Shown here piece after piece: positions 31,987-32,000 of a stretch of DNA of 32,000 nucleotides. The stretch comes from Clostridia bacterium. GTDB lineage: Bacteria; Bacillota; Clostridia; Lachnospirales; CAG-274. The stretch lies in NCBI GenBank assembly GCA_030524425.1, contig JAUNGN010000017.1, forward strand, positions 19,689 to 51,688, written 5' to 3'. Positions within the stretch are counted from its first letter, which is position 1. The number at the start of each line of letters is the position of its first letter. The notes below the pieces were generated by a model. The model did not search any database, was not told the DNA's origin, and saw only the letters and a list, made by a program, of their open reading frames with translations. The position numbers were made by a program, and so were the translations under genes.

Positions 31987-32000
31987 ATAAAAAAGTGTGT

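Noticed and set aside
1-32000. A search for a lysogeny module, a diversity-generating retroelement, a retron or a transposon.
   Set aside because: The window contains no integrase, recombinase, reverse transcriptase or transposase-like ORF, and no template/variable repeat pair near the fibre genes. Absence from this window says nothing about the rest of the genome.

Overview
Nearly all genes in this window lie on the + strand of a contractile-tailed phage or prophage genome from a low-GC Gram-positive (Clostridia/Bacilli-like) host. In order, it contains:
- the last 42 codons of a replication-type gene;
- a 272-bp iteron-rich non-coding block;
- a VRR-NUC nuclease and an SNF2 helicase;
- a sigma-region-4-like late regulator;
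- a complete SPP1/PBSX-mosaic morphogenesis module: terS, terL, portal, MuF, scaffold, SPP1 gp13-like capsid, connectors, sheath, tube, frameshifted chaperone, tape measure, LysM protein, hub, baseplate and fibres;
- a holin/amidase lysis cassette that ends at a strong terminator near 27.0 kb;
- a 5-kb early/accessory region built from small cassettes, each headed by the same ~85-bp promoter-like repeat.

No rRNA, tRNA, CRISPR array, transposase, integrase or reverse transcriptase is visible.

The items most worth follow-up are:
1. An early two-gene operon pairing an Amidoligase_2-type ligase with a gamma-glutamyl-cyclotransferase-like enzyme. I know of no established substrate for this pair.
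2. The seven-copy promoter/operator cassette array. Three cassettes carry a 3' sequence complementary to their own predicted 5' end.
3. A second copy, 29 kb away, of the 272-bp iteron block. The two copies head different genes.
4. A 1.8-kb island inside the head genes. It has two near-identical consensus promoters with hairpin/operator elements on the minus strand, a ~190-nt structured leader, and a 29-bp inverted repeat enclosing a terminator.
5. A MuF head protein with a C-terminal HExxH extension followed by small genes, an arrangement like the MuF polymorphic toxins.

All protein family calls come from motif recognition by eye. No database search was run.
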